A stretch of 64,000 nt of DNA from NCBI RefSeq assembly GCF_006345805.1, contig NC_043008.1, positions 41,788,001 to 41,852,000 of the forward strand, read 5' to 3'. Numbering within the stretch: position 1 is the first letter of the stretch; every line of letters begins with the position of its first letter. Source of the stretch: Octopus sinensis. Taxonomy: Eukaryota. The position numbers were made by a program, and so were the translations under genes. Below are positions 63,541-64,000 of the stretch, one piece after another. The notes beneath the pieces were generated by a model. The model made no database searches. It saw nothing but the letters and a program-made list of their open reading frames with translations, and had not been told where the DNA came from.

Positions 63541-64000
63541 TAGCAGTATCGCCCGGCGTTGCTCGGATTTGTAAGGGAAATAACTATATAAGCATTTTTA
63601 GAGGGGTACTTCCCTTATAGATGCCAATTCGGGCTTTCTTAGCCATTTCTGTTTTGGTGTCTTCAAACCATGAAGTCGTTGTTCTAAAAGAACGCTGGTC
63701 TCCTTGACAACGCTTTACGACGTTGATTTCCTTACACTCCCTTCCCCACAGCTTCACGAGGGAGGGAAGAAGGGAGAGAAGCAAACAGGTGCAGGTGTGA
63801 CCATGGACGCCAACTCCGCCGCCATCGACACACGAAAAATTATGCATTAAAATGGAATAAAAAATAATGTTAAATTATTTTTAAAATCGTAGACTCATCG
63901 TAGACGCGCGCTAATAGCCAGACGGGCTCGAAATTAATCACGACTATAAGATACCCGAATTTGGTTAAACTGCACCGCAAAATGTGGGAGTAGTTAGGAA
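63540..64000 (-). mobile_element. Non-autonomous Helitron-like element (3' end), runs off the window
   Basis: Minus strand ccgagcaacgccggg hairpin + 8 nt + CTAG|T entering (TA)n. Confidence 0.7.

Overview
AT-rich, repeat-saturated eukaryotic DNA, very likely an octopus/coleoid cephalopod genome (inferred from the SINE families, microsatellite load and LINE types). There is one 100-N scaffold gap at 29533-29632. No intact host gene can be supported; most ORFs in the supplied track are translations of microsatellites. The window holds: (i) relics of DNA transposons (pogo/Tigger, mariner, Tc1-type, hAT, MITEs, non-autonomous Helitrons); (ii) non-LTR retroelements, namely a near full-length R4/Dong-type RT-RLE element inside a (TAA)n tract, Tx1/L1-type copies including an ORF1-only derivative, and CR1-type and RTE 3' fragments; (iii) about 20 copies of modular tRNA-derived SINEs; (iv) many long foldback structures. 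The most striking signal is at least 9 type I hammerhead-ribozyme motifs from several different Penelope-like pseudo-LTR families, usually next to (TA)n. Three have complete canonical cores with a palindromic helix III. Two unrelated families carry a CCGANGA (U4C) core variant. One motif sits in a fold-back pair whose inverted copy lacks the cleavage-site nucleotide. A weak candidate for the first two coding exons of a plus-strand gene lies at 45091-46181.
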